Both the position numbers and the translations under genes were made by a program. Source: Wallemia ichthyophaga EXF-994 (Eukaryota > Fungi > Basidiomycota). Taken from it: a DNA stretch of 32,000 nucleotides. The notes under the pieces were generated by a model. It saw only the letters and a program-made list of their open reading frames with translations, did not search any database and had not been told where the DNA came from. Below are positions 1-10,074 of the stretch, one piece after another. The DNA lies in contig NW_008806296.1 of assembly GCF_000400465.1 (NCBI RefSeq), positions 1 through 32,000 on the forward strand, read 5' to 3'. How positions within the stretch are numbered: the first letter of the stretch is position 1; each line of letters begins with the position of its first letter.

Positions 1-20
1 CCTAACCTAACCTAACCTAA
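1..20 (+). repeat. Telomeric repeat (CCTAA)4 = TTAGG on the minus strand; left chromosome end
   Basis: Four perfect CCTAA copies from base 1, C-rich strand 5'-terminal as expected for a left telomere, abrupt junction to unique sequence at 21. Confidence 0.85.
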
Positions 21-164
21 TTTTCTACTTTACTACTATGTAGTAAGCGTAAAGTTTTGAAGCAAGCCAAATGACATCATTAATATGACGCAATCTACGC
101 CAGTCTACACTGTGAATACGTTCTCTGCACCAAATACCCAACATAACAAAGCCGGCATACTAAA

Positions 165-1231
165 ATGGGGATCAAATTCAAAGCGTTTAGAGGACAACAC
201 GATGGTACGATCAGAGAGTCCGTTGGTTGTGTAGATGACGTTGGAGACAAGGATGTGCTCATCAAAATGACCCACGCAGGTCTCTGCTTCACAGACACTC
301 ACTACATCGAGACAGGATGCGTATTAAGTCATGAGAATTGCGGAAAGATCGTTGAGACTGGCAGAAAAGTCAGTCATCTGCGAGTTGGAGACACTGTGGG
401 GTTCGGTTTTGTGCACAATGCGTGCGGGAAGACATCGTGCGATGCCTGTTTGCAGGGCAACGACACTCTCTGCAGTGAGGCAAGAGTATACGGTGAAGCT
501 GATCTTGATTGGGGTGGTTTTGGTGAGTATGCCAAGCTAGATGGTGATTTCGTACACAAAATTCCAGATGGCATAGCACCAGAACATGCAGCACCACTAC
601 AATGCGCCGGCGCTACTGTTTTTGCCCCGTTTCTCAAATTCGACATCAAGCCGATTCATCGCGTGGGCGTTATCGGCATTGGTGGTCTCGGACACTTGGC
701 ACTGCAGGTTGCACATAAATGGGGCTGCTCAGTCGCTGCTTTCACTCTGTCAGATAGCAGAAGCGAGGAGTACAAGGCGCTCGGCGCTCACGAGGTCATT
801 GTCACACAGCGCGCGGATGGCAGCTCTTTCGTTCCTCAGGACGAGGAAGACAAGTTCGATTTCATTCTTTCCTCAGCCAGCTCGCACGTGCCGTGGGATG
901 ACTACTTGGACTGTCTCAAACCACGCGGACAGATCATCCCACTCGCCAATTTTTTGGGAAAATTCGAGACGAACAGATACCCGGCCTTGCTCGCTAGAGA
1001 GAATAAAGTGGGCGGTAGTTTGTGTGCAACGAGGTGCGTGTGTTGTACTGATCCTTTCTTCTACTTACCCGCCCAAGATATGAACAAAAGAAGATGCTCC
1101 AATTCTGCGCGAGACATGACATTAAGCCAGCTGTAGAGGTACTTGATCTCACACAGGATAATCTCAACCATGCATTGGAAAGACTGAAAAAGGGCCAAGT
1201 GCGGTATAGATTTGTGCTGAGGCATGTGTAG
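165..1231 (+). CDS. Zinc-binding medium-chain alcohol dehydrogenase (NADP-dependent, cinnamyl-ADH/Adh6-like)
   Basis: Catalytic Zn ligands (CFTD, SHE, LQCAG), four-Cys structural Zn loop, GIGGLG Rossmann motif. Intron 1034-1077 (GTGCGT..AAG) restores C-terminus ...RYEQKKMLQFCARHDIKPAVE...GQVRYRFVLRHV*. Confidence 0.93.
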
Positions 1232-1705
1232 ACGCTTTTGTTACTCAACTGATTAACCCCTCGTTGAACATAGGAGCCAAATACTCCGAATCATATCATG
1301 AATGTTGAGCGAAAGTTAACCATGTCAATACGAAATTCTTACTGTGTTTATCATTAAAGCCGAACTCCACTACAGCGCTTAATGTTAATGGTTATTGTGC
1401 TAAAGACTTTGCTTGGAGTTGCAGACAGCGATGAACTTTACTTCGTGCCAACACAAAGGGCAAAAAGTATCAAATTGTAAACTCTAATAATATGGATGAC
1501 TTCAATTGGCACGTTGGACATGTTTGAATTGCGCCATTTCATATAGTGGTGGTTGAGAATCAAAGCTAGCTTTTCTTAGCAATTGACAAGTTGGATTTGA
1601 TAGAGAGCTTAGAGAAAACCAGCTTAATTTTAATTTATAATGTACTTTATATACCTCTATATCTCTTTATCCCGGGCAGGCAGGTTAGCTTTGAACCAAC
1701 AAACA

Positions 1706-2469
1706 ATGTCACGGGTTAATTTATCGCAAATAACCAGTTTGAATTTCGAAGCAGACGAGTACACGACAGGGCGGCGTCTGGCACCAGTAGCGCAACTGCA
1801 GTGTGACAAGAAGGAGGGAAGGAGTGCATGCGAGCAATACACGCCGGAGAGCATACACTGCGAGAACAGGGGATGGGATGCCTACACGCACGCCGTGCAA
1901 TGGAGCTGCTCTACCACGCTCCCTTCTAATCTCAAGCTGGGGAAGGTGAGGGTGAATTGTGAGCGGTGGGAGGAGAGTGGGCCGGCAAACGAGGTGCTTA
2001 ATGGTGAGTAAGGAGTTGCTTTTCTTATATACTTTCTCACACGGGTGCACAAGGATCATGCGCACTTAAATACACTCTAGTTGATGTGAGCAACAGGAGT
2101 GACGATAAAGGTAGCACATTCTTTGCCGTCATCTTCTTTGCTATCCTCGCCATCATACTCTACAACCTCTTTTGCGGACACAGGAGGGATTCGGCGGGAT
2201 ATTCTACCAGCGGTGATCAACCACCACCCCCTTACACGCCTTATAATTCAAAACAGCCAGATCAGCAAGCTGGACAAAATTGGAGACCGGGCTTCTGGAC
2301 GGGTTTGGGTGTCGGTGGAGCTGGTGCACATCTCTATGACCAGTGGCAGAACCGCGATTCGCATTCACACTCAGAAGACAGCTTCGGACGCCATCATGGA
2401 TCGTCGTCTGCCGGACCTTCCAATACTTACGAGAGCACCACATCTTATGGGGGTACAGACACGCGCTGA
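1706..2469 (+). CDS. SARAF: SARAF/TMEM66-like store-operated calcium entry regulator
   Basis: YTTGRRLAPVAQLQC...CENRG...QWSC...LGKVRVNCE pattern; intron 2004-2053 (GTGAGT..AAG) joins to GSCALKYTL; one TM segment (FFAVIFFAILAIILY), PPPPY and GFWTGLGVGG motifs. Confidence 0.85.
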
Positions 2470-2551
2470 TGAAGGCGTAGATGTTTACGAAATGCTATTA
2501 ATTTGTTGTATATAATGTGATAATGTGATACTTATTGTAATGAATGCTGTT

Positions 2552-4437
2552 TTATGCGCTTGAATCTGTTTGCGCAGTGTTAGTAAGTCCGACAAGCCAT
2601 CACTTAACCTACAATATACGAGAGTACGTTTAATGTATAGGAGCATGTATCCCTGGCTATCAAGGACCGATTGGATAGAAGTTGGTGAGACATCTGCATC
2701 CTCGCACCTGAACCACTTGATTATTTAACGTTAGCAAAAACACCATACTTGGCAACGCTTTACTCACCTGCTCACCGAACCGCGACGCACACAGATAGTG
2801 TCCCGTCTCCATCTCACCGAGGTGGTTGATAACACAGAAAAGGTCATAGAGGTACATCTCGTCTGGCTCGCTACTGTCGTCACTGGTGTATGGACGCATG
2901 TTAAGAGTGAGCGGGAAGCGTACGGGAGCGTCCAACTTTTGCGCCCAGAGACCATGTTCATAGCGTTTAATCTGGAACGCGAGGACAGTTGGGAGTTTTC
3001 TGAATGAGAGCTGCTTAGTGGACGCCTGAGCTGAGCAGCTAGTGCACTTCCAGTCACTGGGTTCTGGGTATGTATAGCGTCTCAGACAATTGTCCAGATT
3101 CTGAGGTGAGATGGAAGGGGGAGTGTGGTTTGCGCTATTTTTACCACTGTTGGTGGTGCCATTTTTGCCATTCTTTGGTCCGTTCGTGGTGCTGCCACTG
3201 CCACCACCTCCATTCGTATCCCTGCTGCTGCCAACATCCAAACTGACATCGAGGAAAGGATCGCTAGTGACGCTGGCGTACCCACACACTCTGCACTTAA
3301 GCTCTGATTGCAGCGTGCCTTGGAAAGTGGTGTGGATGATGCATGAGCAATCGTATGAGTGCGATGTGGAGGAAGTACAGCTGGAATGGATGAGATTGAG
3401 TACTGAAGGGGTGTGTGAGTTGGAAGCATGTAGTCAACGTCATCGAAATTCAACGCACAGGAGATATACGCCTCGTGAGCATCCTGCTGCGCGTAACCAG
3501 CCAGATCACTCGCTCCGGGAGCTGTCCATAGATTGTGCAGAAGCGAGGTTGGGCCTAGGGGAGCTGTATCTGGTTGGTGAACCTGTGAATTGTGTTAGTG
3601 GAGCACATGTCAGACACCGTACACACCTGCGTGAAAAGTTTATCAAATTCGCAGGCAGTGCATTTGTCCCGCGTGCAGAGAAGATGATTATGTTTCTCGC
3701 TAAGGAAGTACGAGCGTAGGAGGGGTGTAGCTATAAACGCCTGTAGAATCACATTGAGGAAGCAAGTTTTGCCAAGATTTCTGAATCCGCGGGGACCTAA
3801 GGAAGGTGAGTGTGTGTCCATCCCTGATAAATCCATACACACGGAGTGATATTGGATTTCCGTAGCGTCCGGGGGCGATAGTAGATACGTCATTTTGGGG
3901 AAGAGGTTTAAACGCGGATCTGGAGTGGCCATTTGCGGCTGTGTGGGGGTTAGAAGGGATTAGTTGGGATAAACCCACGCACCCTTCCGCTTTGTGGATT
4001 TCTCTTCTCGCCTCAGCTTGAGCAATTTGATAACTTTATCGAGGCGTGGGCTGTAGATGTAATCGCAGCAGACGGAGCAAAATACGGAAGCAGAGAGAGT
4101 ATCTATGGCTATAGAGAGTGAGTAAATCAGCGAAAAGGACAGATTACACACCAAAACAGATATTATGATGCTGGTTTGAATGGTTGGACAGTGCAGCGTA
4201 ATGGAAGCAATTTGCGCAAGTGAGGCAGAGTTGCGGTCGTGTCAAGGGGAGGTTAGAAACCTGGCAGAGATTTGACTTTTACGCGGAATCAGCAATCAAG
4301 GTTACAAACACGGAAGACATAGTCCAAACCTTGCTGGAAATGCTACTAGCGTACAAACCCCAATTAACACCAATGGTAAGCTTATGTAGGAAATCTTTGT
4401 TTGGAAGGTGTGCGTCTATATGTTCGCACAGAGCCAT
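2552..4437 (-). CDS. UBP8: Ubiquitin C-terminal hydrolase Ubp8/USP22 (SAGA deubiquitination module), multi-exon
   Basis: N-terminal ZnF-UBP (LCLTC...FCSVCCDYIY), Cys box GFRNLGKTCFLNVILQ, GYAQQDAHE, His box VINHLGEMETGHY, WFRCED; GT-AG introns join the ORF fragments. Last short exon (YSSA*) is less certain. Confidence 0.9.
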
Positions 4438-4510
4438 TTGAATGAAGTAGACCAGCCAAAGCCAAGCAGAAGAGTAAGTTGAATAAAAAGTACAAAATTG
4501 AACATAAAGG

Positions 4511-5139
4511 TTAGATGAGCAGCGCTCCAGCTAGAACACCTAAACAAGCCAATAAAAGGGGTAATGTGTGCTTGGTTGCAGCGCTGTCATTGTCCCGTAA
4601 GTAGTCGTCCCTGTAAAATAGAATTTAGTGGGGGGAATAATTGAGTAGAATACAACTCACATGCTCAAAACTGTTGGATTAGCAGGTGCATTTGAGTGTG
4701 TAGAATGGATTCTAACCGATGTGTCTGAATTTGTTAGCCTGTTTCAGCCAATCAAATAAAACGTACCCTGTGAGGGGAATGAGTGGGTGTGAATAGATAC
4801 AGCAGCCACCTACCAATGAACGCGATGGTGAAGAACTACTAGAAGTTGCAGCTGCAGTTGCTGATGCCTGTGTTGACGTTGGACTCAAAGTTGCCCTATA
4901 AAATGAATAAGAGGTGCCTATAATTTCAATTCGACACGCACATAATACTTGTCCTGAAAACCACGTCATCCGCATTGTATCTGTTCACCTTCTTAGTTTG
5001 GTAGCCGTGTGGCACAGAGCACAACCCACGCCTGAGAGACTGCAAGTGTCTGCGATTCGCCTGGTGGCGCAGTTGTGATAATTTCAGCGCATACGCATCC
5101 GATTACCGCTGCCAATATTAGCGCTATTGAGATTTTCAT
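4511..5139 (-). CDS. Small secreted Ser/Thr-rich, probably GPI-anchored cell-surface protein (131 aa, 6 exons), absent from the ORF track
   Basis: Exons 5139-5030, 4980-4942, 4895-4814, 4767, 4724-4661, 4610-4511 splice in frame to MKISIALILAAVIGCVCA-EIITTAPPGESQTLAVSQAYNADDVVFRTSIMATLSPTSTQASATAAATSSSSSPSRSLDTSVRIHSTHSNAPANPTVLSMDDYLRDNDSAATKHTLPLLLACLGVLAGALLI*: signal peptide, S/T-rich body, small residues then a hydrophobic tail. Confidence 0.78.
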
Positions 5140-5313
5140 CGTTTGGGTTGAAAAGGGTAATCACTGCCAATTTAGGGCTATTCGCCGCACGGTCTGAACG
5201 AGACGGACGTAATTAAAAATGTGTTGTAAACACGATAGATGGCTGTCGTTGGTGTTTCATGCGCTGCTCATATCCTTCTTATCCTCCGCCACCTCTCTTC
5301 CTCAAGCACAATC

Positions 5314-6344
5314 ATGGCCAGCCGCTGGGATCAACCTGACAGAGCATCAGCAGCAGGTTAGTTGTATATTCCCGCTTTAAATCACATTTAACTCAAAATT
5401 CAGCTGCTGCTGCTGCTAAACTTTCCTCCCAATACCACGGCCCTAGAGAGACTGACGCGCCTTTCTACACACGCATTGAAGTGAATGACCTCAAGAACAG
5501 ATACACTCTCACTAAATCAGCTGCCCAGCAATCCATCTACAATGAGACTGGTGCGCAGGTTTCCACTAAAGGCCAATGGTACCCTGACAGATCCAAGGCT
5601 ACTCCCGCAGAACCTCCTCTGTACCTCCTCATCGAAGCCCAAACTCAGGACTCGTTTGATATGGCTGTGAATAAAGTCCATGAGCTCAAAGATATGGACA
5701 TGCAGCCACTCGTTGAAGATCGGAATCGCAGGTTCGAGGAGAGAGCCGCGTCGAGGCGTAAATGGGATGAATTCAAGGTCTTCATTAATATGGAACCTCT
5801 ACGTAATTTCAATCTTAGAGCTAAAATTGTCGGTCCAGGTGGTATGTTTGTCAAGTACATACAACAAGAAACCAATACAAAGGTACAAATTAAAGGACTT
5901 GGTAGTGGGTTTTTAGAACAGGACACTGGTCAAGAGAGTAACGACGCGATGCACATCAATGTAACAGGTCCGGATGTACAGCAATTCAGCTACGCCAGGG
6001 AGTTATCTGAGGATCTTATATCTGCTGTCAAAGTGGAATGGGAGAGAGCGCAAGGGATTGTACCGCAAGTCGAGCAGATGGGTTACGATCAGTCGCAGTA
6101 TAGTGATATGCCAGCGATACCTGATCCAAATGACAAAGAGGGAGTTGACAAGTATAACAAGTACTGGACTGATCAGGGCTACGATCTCAATGATGCTGCT
6201 TTCAGGGAGTGGCTGACGGAGTATGAGAAGTCGCAGAAGGAGTATTATGCACAGTACTATGCACAGTATCAGCAGCAGCAGCCAGAGCAGAATCCGCAAG
6301 CAAAGCAGGAATACCACGCAGTGCCACCACCAAATAATTTATGA
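5314..6344 (+). CDS. KHDC4: KH-domain RNA-binding protein, KHDC4/BLOM7-like
   Basis: IEVNDLKNRYTLTK...GAQVSTKGQWYPD...PLYLLI, then FNLRAKIVGPGGMFVKYIQQETNTKVQIKGLGSGFLE; Q/Y-rich tail; intron 5357-5403. Confidence 0.85.
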
Positions 6345-6623
6345 TCTGATTTAATTAATGGGTTTTACATAGACAGAAGACTGCCAGTGTGATTGTGTGA
6401 GGTGTGACTTGGGGAGTTGAAAGGAGAATAAAACCCAGGCAATTAGTACACGCTATAGACATCAGCCAAACACCCTCCCACCTCCCGTAATAAAGCGGCT
6501 GCAAAATTTAAATTTTCGAGGTTCACGAAATCCTTCAATCGATCTTCCTTTCAACTCAGCAGCTGTTAGTCAAAAAATCTAAATCGTAAGAAAAAAACAT
6601 TCTAACGGTTGAATGCAGGCAAA

Positions 6624-7139
6624 ATGGTCAACGTACGCGACGTCTCCGCTCCAAGTTTCATTGAGGCCTACTCTCAACACTTGAAGAGATCAGGAAAGAT
6701 TGAGATTCCAAACTGGGTTGACATTGTCAAGACTGGCTCCCACAAGGAGCTTGCACCATACAACCCAGATTGGTGGGTAGTTTCTTGGTAAAATCTGCTC
6801 AAAACTCATCCTTCACGCTACAGGTACTTCGTCCGCGCTGCTGCAGTCGCCCGCCACATCTACCTCCGTAAATCCGTCGGTGTTGGCTCACTCGTAAAGT
6901 TCCACGGTGGTGCCGTCAACAGAGGCCACCGCCCATACCACCACAGAGACGCTTCTAGAGGCGTTGACCGTAGAGTCGTGCAATCCTTGGAGAAGATTGG
7001 TGTCCTCGAGAAGGCCGTTGACGGTGGCAGAAGAATCTCTCAAGACGGTATGCGTGATCTCGATCGTATCGCCGCTTCTGTCGTCGAAACCGGCAATGAA
7101 GAGGAGTCTGAAGAGGAGGAAGATGACGACGATGAGTAG
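6624..7139 (+). CDS. RPS19: 40S ribosomal protein eS19
   Basis: VRDV...[30 protein letters not shown]...[16 protein letters not shown]...[16 protein letters not shown]; one coding intron (GTGGGT..CAG); acidic tail; probable 5'UTR intron ending at 6618. Confidence 0.97.
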
Positions 7140-7293
7140 ATGCGCTACATACACTCGCTGCTTTTACTTGGGGAGTTGAAAAGTTGAATTTGGTTTTTGT
7201 ACGCTTCTAATTCCTTTAATTTAACTTTTTGATTCTTTAAATAGTTGTTTGTAGTGATTGATAGTGGTTTGTACATCTTTCTACTTGTCTTTC

Positions 7294-8239
7294 ATGCTGC
7301 TGCCTGCATTGGCTAGTGGTGTTCAGGCAACTCGCTCGCTAAGCCGCGAGGATGGGATCAGCGAGGAGCTTGAGCAGGCCTTGAGAATAAGAGGCGCTGG
7401 TCTAATACAGCGAGCTGGTGTTCTCTGTGCTGTGTGAGTTTACACGCCAAATATCATCACATATGCTTAACCCGCCGCTACAGTCCACAAGCAACTATAT
7501 GCACAGCCCAGGTTATCTTCCAACGCTTCTACTACGTCTCATCTCTCTATAACTTCTCCATTGGTGTGAGTTGTACGCCTAGTGTACAAGACTCACTCAC
7601 ACCACCCAGGACATCGCAATGGGCGCTTTATACCTCTCAACGAAGCTTGAAGAAACTCCACTGGGTCTAAGAGACGTCATCAATGTCTTTCATCGCCTCA
7701 TTTCCACAGACGCAGACGCAGAGTACTCGTCTATGTCATACTATGGTCCTACATACTACGAGTGGAAAGATAGCATCGTTGTGGCTGAGATGCAGATCTT
7801 AAAGCGACTCGGCTTCGATGTGTATGTGGGTGTAATGTTTGCGGTGAAAATTATCCCTGAACATGCTCATTAGGTGCAGCAACCATACGCGCTACTGATC
7901 AACTACATAAAAATGATAGATATGTTAAACACCGCTAACATCCCACAGCGAGCGTGGTCTTATCTCAACGACAGCCTCCTCACACCGACACACGTCCTAT
8001 TCAGTTCAACAACTATAGCCTGTGCATGTTTAGATCTAGCATGCAGAGACGCGGGTGTACAGCTGCCAACTACATCAGATGGTAAAGTGCAATGGTATCA
8101 GCTGCTAGACTGCCCTCTTGAGGAGATGGAGTGTGTCCAGCTGTGGTTACTTCGCACATACACTGCTATCGACAGCAAACTCTTCGCAGACACACGCAAC
8201 TTAACTAACAAGTATAAATTAAGAGATTATGTACATTAG
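7294..8239 (+). CDS. CCNL1: Cyclin L-like protein (CDK11 partner), 4 exons
   Basis: LIQRAGVL..PQATICTAQVIFQRFYYVSS, IAMGALYLSTKLEETP..LRDVINVF, AEMQILKRLGFDV, AWSYLNDSL; three GT-AG introns keep the frame. Confidence 0.88.
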
Positions 8240-8274
8240 TGTTCAACTCCGGTTTTCTACTTTAACTTTGTTTA

Positions 8275-9229
8275 CTACTTTTTGTGTTTCATTTTCTTTG
8301 CTTCAACAGCCGCAGAAGAAGGCTGCTGAGCATCATCGTTGGAGCTAGACGAGGATGATTCGTTTGATGAAGACTCTGTACGCTCGTCGGAAGAATTTGC
8401 AGTCCGTATAGGGATCTTTTGCTTCTTGGATGCTTTCTTTGGCTCATTTGATTGATTAGCTTGGTCGTCCTTGGTGGAGCTGCTAGTACCACTCTTCCTC
8501 CGCTTCTTCGTATCCTTCACGCCATCTTTTAGATGACTGTTAAGTATGCTGCCTGTGAGTGTGAGCATCCCATTCGTAGTATTACGCTCAATCACGCTGA
8601 AATCGACATCACGACCCTGTTCAGCAAGTACCTGTGTAGAAGAAGTGTGCAACCACCTCCCACCACCGCTATTCTCAGTAGCAGAGTCGTTTGCGTATTT
8701 GAATGTCTGACAATCGATGAACTCGCGCGGGATGGTAACGTTGAAAGTGTGGTGAACGAGCAAACTGATGTGGTCTGGTGAACACAGGGTGACTTTGCCG
8801 CCTTGAAAGAGTTGTGAGTTAATATCCCATCAAATCCACACACAACCTACGCATTCGCTGTCCAATCGTAGGCGACCACACTAGAGCTGTGAATTGAACA
8901 TCTGTGACGCTGAAGGGGGATTCATCAATGATCAACCCCGCCGACTGCTTGAATTGAGTGTTTATATGCGTCAATAAAACTGCTCGCAGCGCCGGTACGT
9001 ATCTGGTTAGGAAATTAGGCGGATAAAACAACAAGCACATCGCCCACCTCATCACTAAACTGTCTAGCATTTCTAAAGCACCGCTCTTGGGATCATTCGC
9101 GAATATCGGCGGGATGGACAGTCTGAGGGAGGTTTCTACAATTTTGTATGCGCTGGAAGGTGCGTTGGGTGAGTCATTGGTTTTTACAGGAATCCTCCAG
9201 CCATCATCATCTATCCTGTAGTCTGTCAT
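8275..9229 (-). CDS. RPA43: RNA polymerase I subunit A43
   Basis: RLSIPPIFANDP...LDSLVMRYVPALRAVLLTH...DESPF...LVWSPTIGQRM, SPDHISLLVHHTFNVTIPR; K-rich tail; two introns. Confidence 0.85.
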
Positions 9230-9306
9230 TTTTTATCGTCGTTGTGATGAGCTGAGAAGGCAGCAACGCCTTTGGTCGGTACAACCAAGACGTTGAAATT
9301 GATAAA

Positions 9307-9948
9307 ATGCTTAGACTTACTGGATTCAGAAGGTGCTTGAGTGGCCAATTTGCTGCCACCAGAGTCGCCACTAGAGGTTACGCTGATAAACCAAAGTCAG
9401 AAGGCGAACAACAGCCACAAGACAGCACAGCCAGCCCAGATAGCGCCCTCGACGCAGCTAAAAAGGCCACAGAAGAAGCTGTCGAGTTGCAGAAACAGCT
9501 CAAGAAGGATCTCCAATATGCAGCAGCTGATTTCACCAATTTGCAGAGAATTTCAGACAGAGAGAAGGTAGCGTCAATGGAGAAAGGTGTTATGAAGTTC
9601 GCAAAGAGCATCCTCCCTACCCTTGATATTCTCCCGTTGGCATTGAAGAGCGTACCAGCAGAGGCTTTGTCGGCTGGAGAAGGCGAAGACCGCAAGAACC
9701 TCCTCACACTTCACGAGGGTTTGGTTCTGCTCCAGAGTAACCTCCTCAAGGCACTCAAAGAAAACGATATCGAAGCTGTTGACCCAACCGGCGAACAATT
9801 CAGCCCAGACTACCACGAGGCGCTGTATATGGCACCTGTGCCAGGTAAAGATCCAAACTCCATCCTCGAATGCTCGAAACTTGGTTACAGCTATAAGGGT
9901 AGAGTGTTGCGTGCTGCTCAAGTTGGAGTTGTGCAGGATGTCAACTAA
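9307..9948 (+). CDS. MGE1: Mitochondrial GrpE nucleotide exchange factor
   Basis: Arg-rich presequence; YAAADFTNL..., KFAKSILPTLD, GEQFSPDYHEAL, GYSYKGRVLRAAQVGV; intronless. Confidence 0.95.
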   Translation: MLRLTGFRRCLSGQFAATRVATRGYADKPKSEGEQQPQDSTASPDSALDAAKKATEEAVELQKQLKKDLQYAAADFTNLQRISDREKVASMEKGVMKFAKSILPTLDILPLALKSVPAEALSAGEGEDRKNLLTLHEGLVLLQSNLLKALKENDIEAVDPTGEQFSPDYHEALYMAPVPGKDPNSILECSKLGYSYKGRVLRAAQVGVVQDVN

Positions 9949-10074
9949 ATTCAAATTCAAATAGAAACACCAAACCACCACTTAATTTCAACGATTTCGT
10001 TTATTATGAATGATATGCATATGTTTTCATCTAATCTTACATGATTGTGTGCTAATTGTGTACGTGTACGTGTG

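Noticed and set aside
320-350. ADH signature reads SHE instead of GHE
   Set aside because: The Zn-ligand His and adjacent Glu are retained; a conservative change with no sign of pseudogenisation.
1640-1705. Upstream in-frame Met for SARAF given by the ORF track
   Set aside because: The extension is AT-rich, not a convincing signal peptide, and the ATG at 1706 has a better context (AAACAATG).
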